Shown: positions 49,390 to 60,764 of the stretch, in pieces
Position numbering within the stretch: position 1 is the stretch's first letter
Layout of the letters: every line of letters starts with the position of its first letter
Source: Chiloscyllium plagiosum
Taxonomy: Eukaryota
Direction: 5' to 3'
DNA length: 64,000 nucleotides
Assembly (NCBI RefSeq): GCF_004010195.1
Contig: NC_057720.1
Location: 22,990,567 to 23,054,566, forward strand
Translations under genes and position numbers: made by a program
Notes under the pieces: model-generated
Databases searched by the model: none
What the model saw: only the letters and a program-made list of their open reading frames with translations
Told to the model about the DNA's origin: nothing

Positions 49390-50218
49390 NNNNNNNNNNN
49401 NNNNNNNNNNNNNNNNNNNNNNNNNNNNNNNNNNNNNNNNNNNNNNNNNNNNNNNNNNNNNNNNNNNNNNNNNNNNNNNNNNNNNNNNNNNNNNNNNNNN
49501 NNNNNNNNNNNNNNNNNNNNNNNNNNNNNNNNNNNNNNNNNNNNNNNNNNNNNNNNNNNNNNNNNNNNNNNNNNNNNNNNNNNNNNNNNNNNNNNNNNNN
49601 NNNNNNNNNNNNNNNNNNNNNNNNNNNNNNNNNNNNNNNNNNNNNNNNNNNNNNNNNNNNNNNNNNNNNNNNNNNNNNNNNNNNNNNNNNNNNNNNNNNN
49701 NNNNNNNNNNNNNNNNNNNNNNNNNNNNNNNNNNNNNNNNNNNNNNNNNNNNNNNNNNNNNNNNNNNNNNNNNNNNNNNNNNNNNNNNNNNNNNNNNNNN
49801 NNNNNNNNNNNNNNNNNNNNNNNNNNNNNNNNNNNNNNNNNNNNNNNNNNNNNNNNNNNNNNNNNNNNNNNNNNNNNNNNNNNNNNNNNNNNNNNNNNNN
49901 NNNNNNNNNNNNNNNNNNNNNNNNNNNNNNNNNNNNNNNNNNNNNNNNNNNNNNNNNNNNNNNNNNNNNNNNNNNNNNNNNNNNNNNNNNNNNNNNNNNN
50001 NNNNNNNNNNNNNNNNNNNNNNNNNNNNNNNNNNNNNNNNNNNNNNNNNNNNNNNNNNNNNNNNNNNNNNNNNNNNNNNNNNNNNNNNNNNNNNNNNNNN
50101 NNNNNNNNNNNNNNNNNNNNNNNNNNNNNNNNNNNNNNNNNNNNNNNNNNNNNNNNNNNNNNNNNNNNNNNNNNNNNNNNNNNNNNNNNNNNNNNNNNNN
50201 NNNNNNNNNNNNNNNNNN
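49390..50218. other. Assembly gap (N)
   Basis: Run of N. Confidence 1.
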
Positions 50219-52322
50219 AGCTTTTCTAACTCAGTATGTAGATTGTCCGACCAGAGGGGAGGCCATATTGGATTTGATACTTGGTAACGAACCGGGACAA
50301 GTGATGGGCTTGTTAGTGGGTGAGCATTTTGGTGATGGTGACCACAATTCTGTGACTTTCACCTTGGTTATGGAGAGAGATAGTTGCGTGCAACAGGGCA
50401 GGTTTTACAATTGGGGGAAGGATAAATACGATGCTGCAAAACAGGATCTGAGGAGCATAAATTGGGAGCACAGGCTGTCAGGGAAGGATGTCGTTGAAAT
50501 GTAGAACTTTTTCAAGGAACAGATACGATGTGTCCTTGATATGTATGTACCGGTCAGGCAGGAAAGAAATGGTCATGTGAGGGAACCTTGGTTGACAAGA
50601 GAGGTTGGAATGCACTGCCTGTGGGAGTGGCAGAGTCAGAATCATTGGTGACCTTTAAGCGGCAATTGGATAGGTACATGGATAGGTGCTTAAGCTAGGA
50701 CAAATGTTCAGCACAACCTCGTGGGCCGAAGGGCCTGTTCTGTGCTGTATCGTTCTATGTTCTATGTTCTATGTTCTAAGTCAGAGGTAGTTTCTTTACT
50801 CAGAGACTGGTAGCGGCATGGTATACACTGCCTGCAACAGTAATAGACTTGCCAACTTTAAGGGCATTTAAATGGTCATTGCATAGCCATATGGATGAGA
50901 ATGGAATAGTGTAGGTTAGATGGGCTTCAGATTGGTTCCACAGGTCAGCACAATATTGAGGCCAAAGGGTCTGCACTCTGCTGTAATGTTCTATGTTCTA
51001 TGTTAATACTACTAGGTCATTACCTCCCACATGTAATGTGTAACAAAGGTAAACAAAAACTCTGTGTTTGCCAGCCATATTAAATACAGCCCAATAAAGT
51101 ATAAAACAATAACTTACATAGAAATGAAATGTTATGTTAATTTATTCTCAAGTTAATGAAGCTTATTGCTTGTTGAAGCACGATTTCACTGCAAGTCTAT
51201 CAACTTTTGAAGAAAATATTAAAATTTATCTTTCAATTCTTATTCCCCCAAGTGAGCTTTCCAATGTAGCATGAATGATAATTTAGAAAATGTGAGTTCT
51301 ATTACAGATGGGTTTATTTATTTTATATATTAAGCTATGCTTAGAAATACTACTTTAATAATGTTATCATCTTATAACATAAGGTATCAACAATATTGTC
51401 AATACTGTTTCAGTTTTTTGATCTTTTGAATGAAAATTATCGCATCAGAGACATGCATTTTGGAATGATTCTGATAAAATGGGACATTGAAGGAGCTATC
51501 CAATAATCTAAATAGACAAACATTATTCAACAGCTGAACTTTTTAAACAGCTATTTAAGTTCCCCTCAGTTGGTCACAAAAAAGATTTTTAATTCTTTTC
51601 TTAGCAGACTACATTACACTTTAATTAAAAGCATTGTTTGATTGTTAAAAAAATAAAAAAAACCTATTACAAGATTTTCCTGAGTGGATGAAAGAGGAGC
51701 TTTATGCTTGCTAACTCCCCAAAAAATAACACAATGCACCAAGCATGGACACAAAACTCAGATGTACAAAAAGGGAAGAGCAGCTAGTACAAAAATTAAG
51801 TTCAAGAATATACAGTTTAAACTGTCCTTAGAGTTCTTGAGGTGTTAGGATTATCCTGAGGCCATGGCTGCTTAATTGATGATTTGTGTTAACTGCAGTA
51901 ATGAAATTTGTATATATCCTTGAGTTTTTATTGAATGGATGCTTCTTCAACTGGCTTTTCACCACTTCATGTCATCTGACAGGCAAACGGGAATGGAGAG
52001 AGAGAAGGTGAGTGAGCAAATCTTCTAGTTGTTACAAATGCATGATTCTTCTCCCTACTCTTCCCAAAAGCTGTTGTCTATTAAACAGTTCATTTGAGTA
52101 TTTCAATTTGTGACTTCATTGTTTTTCTCCAAGATGGATAATATGCAGATGAATCTTTCCCAATATGTAACACTTCCAGACAGATGGAAATCAAACAGGA
52201 GCTACAGATCATTTTGATAACAAATTAATTTCAGTTCAGACTGAATTTTGTTATGTACAGTTTCATGAACTGGCTCAGCCTGTGGTCAGGTGATCACTGC
52301 GGCCACCTTAATATTCTTTTTC

Positions 52323-52528
52323 GGAGCAAATTACTGCCGATGCTGGAATCTGTACTGAAGACAACAAATGCTGGAGGTCATAGCAGGTCAAACAGCATCC
52401 ATGGAGAACGAGCAAGCTAATGTTTCAAGTCTAGATGAAGAGTCCTCTATACTTGAAAGGTTAGCTTGCTCTCTCTCCATGAATGCAGTCTGAAAACTGT
52501 GATCTCCAACCATTTATTGCTTTCAGTT
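52323..52528. mobile_element. Fold-back PLE mini-element, decayed
   Basis: catccatggagaacgagcaagctaatgtttcaagtctagatga / tctatacttgaaaggttagcttgctctctctccatgaatg inverted arms. Confidence 0.7.
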
Positions 52529-54574
52529 AGTACTAATTTTTCCTTTTTAGAGATACTTTAGTATGTGAAAGTTTCTAGTTATTAAAAATCAGATGATGGA
52601 AGTCAAAAATTGACAGTGCAGTTGTACTACTATTGTAAGACCTTTTTTTAAATTTATGTTATTAGCTCTCCAAAATGAATACTGAAAGCTGTTGGTCAAA
52701 CCTTTCCACCAATTAAGATGAAGAATATTTGGGGAAATCAATGACTGCCAAACCTGAAGTAGAAAATCCTCGTTGTTTGTTTTAGAAATATTGTCTTCAA
52801 ATTTTTTGTTATGGATTACCCTCTAAGGTAACAGTCACTATCAAATTTTGTTGTAAGGCACCTAATTTGCATAGGGTGGATAGGTGCAAGCACCACTGTG
52901 GTGCAGTGTCAACATCATGAAAACAGAAAATGCAATATTTGCTTAGTATTGAGTACATTGTCAAAGCAATCAATTGTACTAACTTTGTTCCTTTATGATT
53001 AACAAATTAAAAAGATATCTCATTGTGATCCAGACTGCTTGCTTTACATGGACTCTTGGACATGTCTTGAAGTCAATGTGCTGCCTTTTCCAGGGCACAT
53101 TAGCCTTCATACCTCACAGGGTGTGTTGGCCTTTGTCATAATATTCCATTCTATTACCTACATCGTGGGCTGCAAAATCTACAAATGACAGAAAGCAGTG
53201 GAACAGCACATAAGTCACCCAATAAATTCAGCAAAATCCATGAGGAAATTCAGAAACATATATTTTCAAGATTCATACTGAACTCTAGCAACCATTAGTC
53301 ATAGGTGTCTTCAAATGCACCAGTTAAAATGAATACAGGAGTAAGAGAAAAAGGATTTCACAAATAAACATCAACTTATGAGAAAGTGAAACTGGTGGAG
53401 TCAAGGAAAATGTTTCCAAAATACACCAGAGGCCAAAGAGGTATGTTCACCAATGTGAGAAACAAAATAGATTCTGTGAGGTCAGGTGACCTAATAAAGA
53501 AAGCATCAAGGTGTGCCTGAAGGGGAGGCACCCAGGAATGGTGATGACAATCTAGTGCCAAATTTCTAGTTCCTTGCAATAAGGCAAGTTGCAGATTTAG
53601 AGGCAATGTCAGAACCTCAACACTCTGAAAACAAATCCAACTTGTTGATTATGCTTAGTCCACAATGGGATGCTTAGCTAGATCCTAATGTATTATTAAA
53701 AAACATTGTATTTTCAAACATGTAGCAGTCCATAACTATAATAACTGTAGTGAGTCAAAATAATTCCTCAGCTAACCAAATGATATTATCCAGCCAGAGG
53801 CTGACCAGGCTGTCTTGGAACTTATTTCACATACGAAACAAAAGGCAGACATGTAACAAACAAAAATAACTGTAGAATGGTACCATGAAATAATTACAGA
53901 AAATATTGGAAAATTAAATCAGGAGCTATCTGTAGACAGGACAAAGAAGTTAACATTTCAAAGGATGGCTTTTTAAGAATTTGCAATTTTGAAGTCAGTT
54001 CTAAGACATGATTGCACCTGAAGTACTGACTTTTTCCATTTTACGCACAGATACTGAATGGACTGTCAAGTATGATTAGGAGTTGTTATTATTGTTTCTG
54101 AAGATTTTGGCCTGACAGGATCTCATGGTTTGACATTGTATTCTTTGCTCCATTCAACTCCATTCCCTTGCATTTTGTTTGCTATATTTTCCTGTCTCCA
54201 AGCCAATCTAAATCTTAAATTTACTTCTTCTATTCTAGTATTTTTGTTCTACCTATGCTGTCACATGTTTTGCCCAGCGAATGTAGCAAGCACTGAAGAA
54301 AATTGATGAAATTTGAAAACTGAATTCATACTTCAATATGCAATTTTATTTTATCAAATCAGGGAAGTAGGAAAAAGAGTAACAGAGAGATATAGATAAA
54401 TGAAGGAAGGAGACAAAGGTTTGGCAGATGCACTGTAATGTGGAAAATGTTAAGAAAAGGTTTTGCACTTTGGCAGAGTAGCTGAATGTTATCTGGATGG
54501 AGAAAGACTGCAGAGATCTGCCACACAGAAGGCAGAGTCATAGAAAGCTAGCATACAGCTTCAATGAGTAACAG

Positions 54575-55200
54575 ACCATAAGATGTAGGCACACAAGTAG
54601 GCCATTCAGACCATTGTGTTTGCCCATTGTTCAATTAGATCATGATGATATAATTACCTTCAACTCCACTTTCCTGCCTTTTCCCCATAAATGTTGATCC
54701 CCTGATTAAAAATATCTATATCAGCCTTGAATATCCTTCACAACCCAATCTCTACAACCCTCTGCAATAAAAGGTTCCACAGATCCATTATTCTCAGAGA
54801 GAAGAAATTCCTCCTCATACATGTCCTAAATGGATAACCCCTTATTCTGAGGTCATGCCTCAGATCCTAGATTCCCTGAAGAGGATAAACAACTTATCCA
54901 TATCTACCTTATCAAGTCCCCTAAGAATTTTACATTTATCAATAAGATCACCTCTCATTCTTCTGAAAATCAATGAGTACAGGCCCAACCTACTCCACCT
55001 CTCCTCATAAGAAAGTCCCTCCATACCTGTTTTAGGCCTAATGAACCTTTTGTGGTCTGCCTCCAGTGCCAGTATAGTTTTCCTTAGATAAGGGTCTGAA
55101 AACCATTCACAATATTCCAGCTATAATCTTAGCCGGGGTGGGGGGGGGGGGGGGGGGGGGGGGGTAGCAAGGCCTCACTATTTTTATAACCCATAGCCTT
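54575..55200 (-). mobile_element. Old CR1 3' fragment containing a poly-G tract
   Basis: agaccataagatgtagg tail, agagaagaaattcctcctcat, atcaataagatcacctctcattcttct; G run at 55135-55164. Confidence 0.75.
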
Positions 55201-55885
55201 TTGTAAGGTAAATAAAAATGCATTTCAGTGTCCTCTGTGCTGCTGGTCAAAAAATTATATCTCCTCGTACTTTTTTTTCCCTACCAAATCAGACCTATTA
55301 AAAACGCAAAATGAAAATGTCTGTAAAGACCACTTAAGTTTAAATCAAGATTTCAAAGTAAACTTGGAAATTTCAATTGAAATGTCATTACCAGCCTTAA
55401 GAGTGGCCTTCAGTGATGGAACAGACACATTTCGGTGCATTTTTGGGAAAAACCAAATTAGAATGAATTAAAAAATAAGATAAGACAGCCCATTAGGGGC
55501 ATTGCTTCTGAAATCAAAATTTCAAAAAATAACTTAGGAAATTTGAATTAAAATGTCATTAGTGGGGTTAATAATCCATTTCAACCCCCTACTAGTCTCA
55601 AAAAGACACATCTCAGTATAATTAACAGATAAATACCCCACAGCCTTTTTTTTCTCTCTTATTCTACCTTCAACTACATCAACACACCCTTTGAGATACA
55701 AATAAATTCTGCTGTAAATTCAGCTTTTCCTTTTTCAAGTTTGAATTCTCTGACAAGTTTTGTAGTAATTGAATTGTGGTTTCAGTTCAAATGCTGTAAA
55801 GCTTGTCAGGTCATTTCCAGCTTTATGAGTGTTTCTGAAATTGAAATTAGATTTTAATCACTTGTAAAAACAAAGTAAATAAAGA

Positions 55886-56150
55886 GTGGCCTGGTGGCTC
55901 AGTGTTCAGCACTGCTGCCTCGCAGCAAAGGGGACCAGGTTTGATCCTAGCCTCGAGTGACTGTCTGTGTGGAGTTTGCACATTCTCTCTGTGTCTGTGT
56001 GGGTTACCAATGGGTGCTCCTGTTTTCTCACACAGCCCAAAGATGTGCAGCTTAGGTGGATTGGCCATGTTAATTGGTCTCGTCGGTATGATTTTTGGAA
56101 GGTCAGTGTGGACTTGATGGGCCAAATGGCCTCCTTCGACACTATAGCGA
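55886..56150 (+). mobile_element. V-SINE, decayed
   Basis: ggtggctcagtgttcagcactgctgcctcgcagc head, V-domain, gggccaaatggcctcc tail. Confidence 0.82.
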
Positions 56151-56724
56151 TTATATGAAGTTCTTCTAATAAAGCTTTAAATTGCACTGACTGTGTTTTA
56201 TATTGTATCAAAGTTTCTTTCTTCAAATCTCCTTTGAAATATATTTTTCTTTTGTATTTTAAACTGTAAAGTTGTTTTAAAAATCACTGGAAAGATAATT
56301 CCTCAAAGCTTTATTCATATTGATGTGTTGGAGGTGTTGTAATCTTATTAAGTACTTTAGTAAATGAAACTTTATCCATCCAATAATAAACATTTAACAT
56401 GGTCGTTTCATACCATTTTACAAATCTACTTGGTTGATTTTGTACCTTTTTTGGCAAGATGGAGAATACATATCGCTTTTCCTTCTTATGCAATATTTTG
56501 CATTTTCTTGTCCCTGCTGTCACTACAAAATGGTTTCTTGCTCTATTTTGCAACTTCAAATAATATTCCTTGTGCAATTAAATTTTATATTTGTCCCAAA
56601 CTTACATACTTAACTTAAATTTAAACTTCTGCTTTCTACTGATATGTCACTAGGATGATACTGGTTTGAAGAAATTTTTAACGATATAACAAAGTTGATC
56701 TCATTTTCAATTTTTTTAATGAAT

Positions 56725-57045
56725 TATGCCACTCCTTGAATAGTTATTGTTCCAACACTGACCCCTACGGAAATTTACTAGTCACCAGCTGCCATCCTGA
56801 AAAAGACCCGTTTATCCCCACTTACCCGTGACATCATGGGCCCTTATCTTATTTAGGTTTCCTATGCGGCCCTCTGGAAATCCAAATAGATCACGTCCAC
56901 TGGTTCTTTGCCTACTTTGCTTATTATCTCCTCTAAAAATTCCAACAGATGTGTCAGGCATGAGCTGCCTTTGACAAAGTTTTGTTGAATCAGCCCTATT
57001 TTACTGTGCACTTCCAAGTCCTCTGCAATCTCATCCTTAATAATG
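56725..57045 (-). mobile_element. CR1 RT fragment
   Basis: actgacccctacggaaatttactagtcac, ggaaatccaaatagatcacgtccactgg, caggcatgagctgcctttgacaaa. Confidence 0.65.
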
Positions 57046-57680
57046 GACAGCTAAATGTATAGTTGCCATTGGTGAAACAATAAAAATTTGTGCGTGCAAT
57101 GAGCCAGAATTGCAGGACTGCAGAGATTCCAATAGGTTATTATACAGGACGTTACACTGATAGGGAAGCATGAGGCCATGGAGAGATTTAAAAACAAGCT
57201 TGTGAATTTTAAAAATGAGCAATTGCCTAATTGGGCACCAATGTAATTGGTCAGCAAAAGGTGAACAGAATTTGATATGTTAGGGATTCAAACAATGTTG
57301 GTTAATCTCAATTTTATAGGACATGCAAAGTAAACTAACTTGAAGAGATTTAAGTAGTTATAGTTTGGAGGTAAGAGCATAAATGAGGAATGGCAGAGGA
57401 AGAAGTCATTGAATGGGTTTATGATCAGAAGTTCAGATCAGGATCAAATAGGACAATATGGTCGCAATTAATCTGGGTCAGCTTCAGAGTGGCCAAGGTA
57501 AGGGAATGGAATTGATAGTTGGGAAGCAAAGTTCATGGCTTGCAAAGAAGGCAATGGGTGTAGTCTTCCCAATATTTAGTTGGGGAAAATTGCTGCTCAT
57601 CTAATACTGAACAAAGCAGAGATTGTGAAGGAATTGAGACAGTTAGTGTTGATGTAGAGGTGTTTACAACATTTGTGTGG
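57046..57680 (-). mobile_element. L2 LINE 3' fragment
   Basis: ORF FKIHKLVFKSLHGLMLPYQCNVL resembles the L2 ORF2 C-terminal FKIL.L.FK.LHGLAP.YL motif. Confidence 0.65.
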
Positions 57681-59160
57681 AAAAATGTGATTATAATCTA
57701 ATATTCTAAATTTTTAATTAGTTTGAGGGATAATTATTGCTCAGATCATGAGGGAGCACACTTCTGATTTTTTTTGATGTAGTGCCATGTGATCTCTTTT
57801 GGCTATGTTAGAAGAGAGACTGCAACAATACAGTACCAACTAAGTAATGTCTAAGAGTATCTTAGATTTTGTTTTCAAGTCTTTTGTGTGGGACTTGAAA
57901 ATTTTGAGTCAGAAGTCACACTGCTAACATGTTGACTCAGAACTGTTAGAAAATAAATTGTCATTTTTAGATGCAACACAACAGGACAATTTATGACTTA
58001 GTATGATATTCTCTAGTGTGAAAATGTGGAAAATATGCCTTTTATTCATTTCACAATGGCAAGGATTCTTTTATTGATTTTGAAACAAAATCACACTACA
58101 TTAAGGATTATAAATAATAATCTCTAGAAATCCATGCCAATAAAGTTCAAATTTTCAAACAGTATGAAGCCATAAATCAAAGAATGCGAGATCTTAATGA
58201 CATAAACCACAATCTAATGTATGTATCCAGCTCTTAAATTTGCACACTTTAAGTGAATGGATAATTGTAGCATGCTAAGATATGTGGAACTTGCATGTTT
58301 TTATAATGTTTTTAAAGATAACAACAAGGTGGAGCTATAAACAACTACAATTTGTGATTGGAGCAAATGGACTGTGAAATTGACCCTATAGCTACAGGCA
58401 AGGTGGAAATGGAATATAGTAGTGCCAACAGACAAGCTAATAATGTATTGAAAACAAGTACTGTATCACTCTACTGGCCCACTAACATTTATTGTTGATA
58501 ATTCAAATAAAATAATCTTCACCTTAAGATTTTGTGTACATCAAATGCGGTCTCAGAATTGCATTTCTATTTGTTTATAGATTCTGAATAACCGACAGGC
58601 TTCTGTGAATAATTGTCAGACTTACCATTACAACCACTAAAATTGCTATTATATGAAATTGTCACTGTTATGTGGAACTGTAAATTTATAATATAAATAG
58701 AATGTATGAAGTCTCTAAACAAAACTGTGCAAACAATTGTACGCAAATAGTTTCACTGTTCTAGCATTTTTCAGACTGTGGTTGCATGCCATAGTGCTGG
58801 TCATCCAGTCCTGACTCATAACATTATTTACGCACAGAAGGACAACCATTTAGTCCCATTGAGTCCATGCTGGCTCCCCACAGAGCTATCTAGTCAGTCC
58901 CACTTTCCTACTCGATTCCCTGCAGATTTAGTTCCTTCAAGTGCACATCCAATTTCCTTTTGAAGCTGTTAACATTCACAATCTGCTTTCGCAATCCCTA
59001 TGGGCAGTGAGCTCTAGAACATCACTTTTTGCTATATTTGAAAATTGCTCCTTATATTCTTCCTGCTTTGTTTGCTCAAAACGTTAAATCTTCATCACTT
59101 AGTCTTTGTACAATCTGTGCATGGGAACAGCTTTCCCTTGTGTACTTCATCCAAGACCTG

Positions 59161-59428
59161 ACATAACATAGATCATAGAACATAGAACATAGAACAATAC
59201 AGCACAGAACAGGCCCTTCGGCTCACGATGTTGTGCTGAACATTTGTCCTAGCTTAAGCACCCATCCATGTACCTATCCAATTGCCGCTTAAAGGTCACC
59301 AAAGATTCTGACTCTACCACTCCCACAGGCAGCGCATTCCATGCCCCCACCACTCTCTGGGTAAAGAACCCACCCCTGACATCTCCCCTATACCTTCCAC
59401 CCTGCACTTTAAATTTATGTCCCCTTGG
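59161..59428 (-). mobile_element. Young CR1 3' tail (same subfamily as 48789-50777)
   Basis: (catagaa)n tail; catttgtcctagcttaagcac...aattgccgcttaaaggtcacc is nearly the reverse complement of 50610-50777. Confidence 0.9.
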
Positions 59429-60084
59429 ACAGTACTATCAACTCTCTCCTTTGTTCAGAGGAGAACAACCCCAGCTTTTCCAATCTATCTCTGTAGCTAA
59501 AAGCTCTCTTCCTGAAATCATTGTGGTAGTTTTGCTTTGACAGTAATCCAGGACAGAAGCAAAACTGAAAAAGTGATAGAGAGCTGAGAGTGGGTGAGAA
59601 TGGGTTGGCGTTGATGAAAGCAACCAGGGTTTGGAGGTGGGTAGAAAAAGATGGAATCAGGCTATCAACTTATTGAATTCAATGTTGAGTTCTTGAGGCT
59701 GCAGATTCCCTAGCAGAAAATAAGAAACTATTCTTCAAGCTTGCACTGGGGCTCATTAGAACATGGAAGAAGGTTGTTGGCAGAAATATTGGCATAGGGA
59801 CATCGTAGTGTCTTGAAGTGGTAAGTGACTGGAAGTTCTGAGGAAGAATTGCTGGGTTTGAAAAGTTAACTCTGCTTTCTCCTCACAGGTACTGAGTTTC
59901 AGCAGCAATTACTGCTTTTGTTTCAGATGTCCAGAATCCATAGTTCTTTGATTTATTTCAGTGGTAATCTTTTCTCCACCCTCTCAAAGATCCTCAAAGG
60001 CTTCCTAAAGTGTGGTGACCAGAACTTGTTGCAATACTGTAGTTGGATCCTAATGAAAGGTTTAGAAAGTTTCAATATACTCCC

Positions 60085-60358
60085 TGTGCCTGTATGTTTG
60101 CGTTTGAGGGCCTAAGTTACTACAAAACAAGTTGTTGTATACTTTATTTTCTTGGGGTTAATACATAATAACATTGCTCTCACTTTCACTCAAGAAAACC
60201 TTATAATTGACTGCTTCATGCTACAGTAAAAAAAGTGATCTATATTTTCATTAAAGAGAGGTATAACCTCATGCTAAAAATAACATAAACTTTTGCTAGG
60301 ATCAGCCAGGGAGGTGAAAACTGGGGAGGTGATCCACTTCTCCTTATCTGGTTGTAAT
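60085..60358 (+). mobile_element. Possible LTR fragment (3' half)
   Basis: Ends ...gatccacttctccttatctggttgtaata, an LTR-like terminus, and interrupts a CR1. Confidence 0.3.
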
Positions 60359-60642
60359 ATGCCCAGTGAAACCATTTCTGAAGCCCAGTATTTTCTTAAC
60401 CATTCTCTGAAGATGTCCTGCTAACTTCAGTGGTCGATGCATAGGTATTCTAGGCTTCCTTGTTCCTGCATGCTCTTTATAACCCTGCCATTAATTAGAT
60501 GTTGTCTCTTCCTATCCATTATGCTAAATGCATCACGTTACATTTCTGTACTGAAGTCCATTTGCCTGTCTATTGTGCGATGCTTTCTAAATCATTTTGC
60601 AGCTGATCCATTTCAGTCTCAGTTTTTACCATTCCTTCAGGA

Positions 60643-60764
60643 GGGCTCTTTAGGTGCAATAATGGCGTCTCTACCTCTGAGTCCTCGAGACTTAGCTTCA
60701 CATCTCCCAGCTCCACAGTGTGGGTAATAACATCTGTGAACAGGTTGATTGTAGAAATATCAAC
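60643..60764 (+). mobile_element. Short tRNA-derived SINE with a 15-bp TSD
   Basis: TSD accattccttcagga (60628-60642) and accactccttcagga (60765-60779); degenerate tRNA-like head; tail aacaggttgatt. Confidence 0.7.

Larger units (their letters stand above)
48789..50777 (+). mobile_element. Young CR1 with 5'UTR and open ORF1 but RT deleted; TSD aagtc
   Basis: aagtc at 48784-48788 and 50778-50782; the post-APE region joins directly to the ORF2 C-terminus at ~50605; (ttctatg)n tail. Confidence 0.88.
45130..51002 (+). mobile_element. Near full-length decayed CR1 (same subfamily as 99-4265) with internal deletions and two nested inserts
   Basis: ORF1 MEVRTVECSSCRMWE at 45472, ALVTGDSIVKG; APE (AISETW, LDLVL, DSDHN); RT (KFADDIKVG); 3' end resumes at 50783; atgttctatgttctatg tail. 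Confidence 0.92.
44800..51030 (-). mobile_element. DeuSINE (SacSINE1-like) split into 44800-45129 and 51003-51030 by nested CR1s
   Basis: Deu-like block ggatggcagtttccttccctgaaggacattagtgaacc and B-box gggattcgaaccc; the A-box head tactactaggtcattacctccc is found only after the CR1; possible TSD ttaat. Confidence 0.7.

Noticed and set aside
51900..52015. Possible exon ending gaag|gtgagt
   Set aside because: No convincing acceptor or reading frame.
55135..55164. Poly-G tract as a functional G-quadruplex
   Set aside because: A homopolymer inside a decayed CR1; could be slippage or a sequencing artefact.
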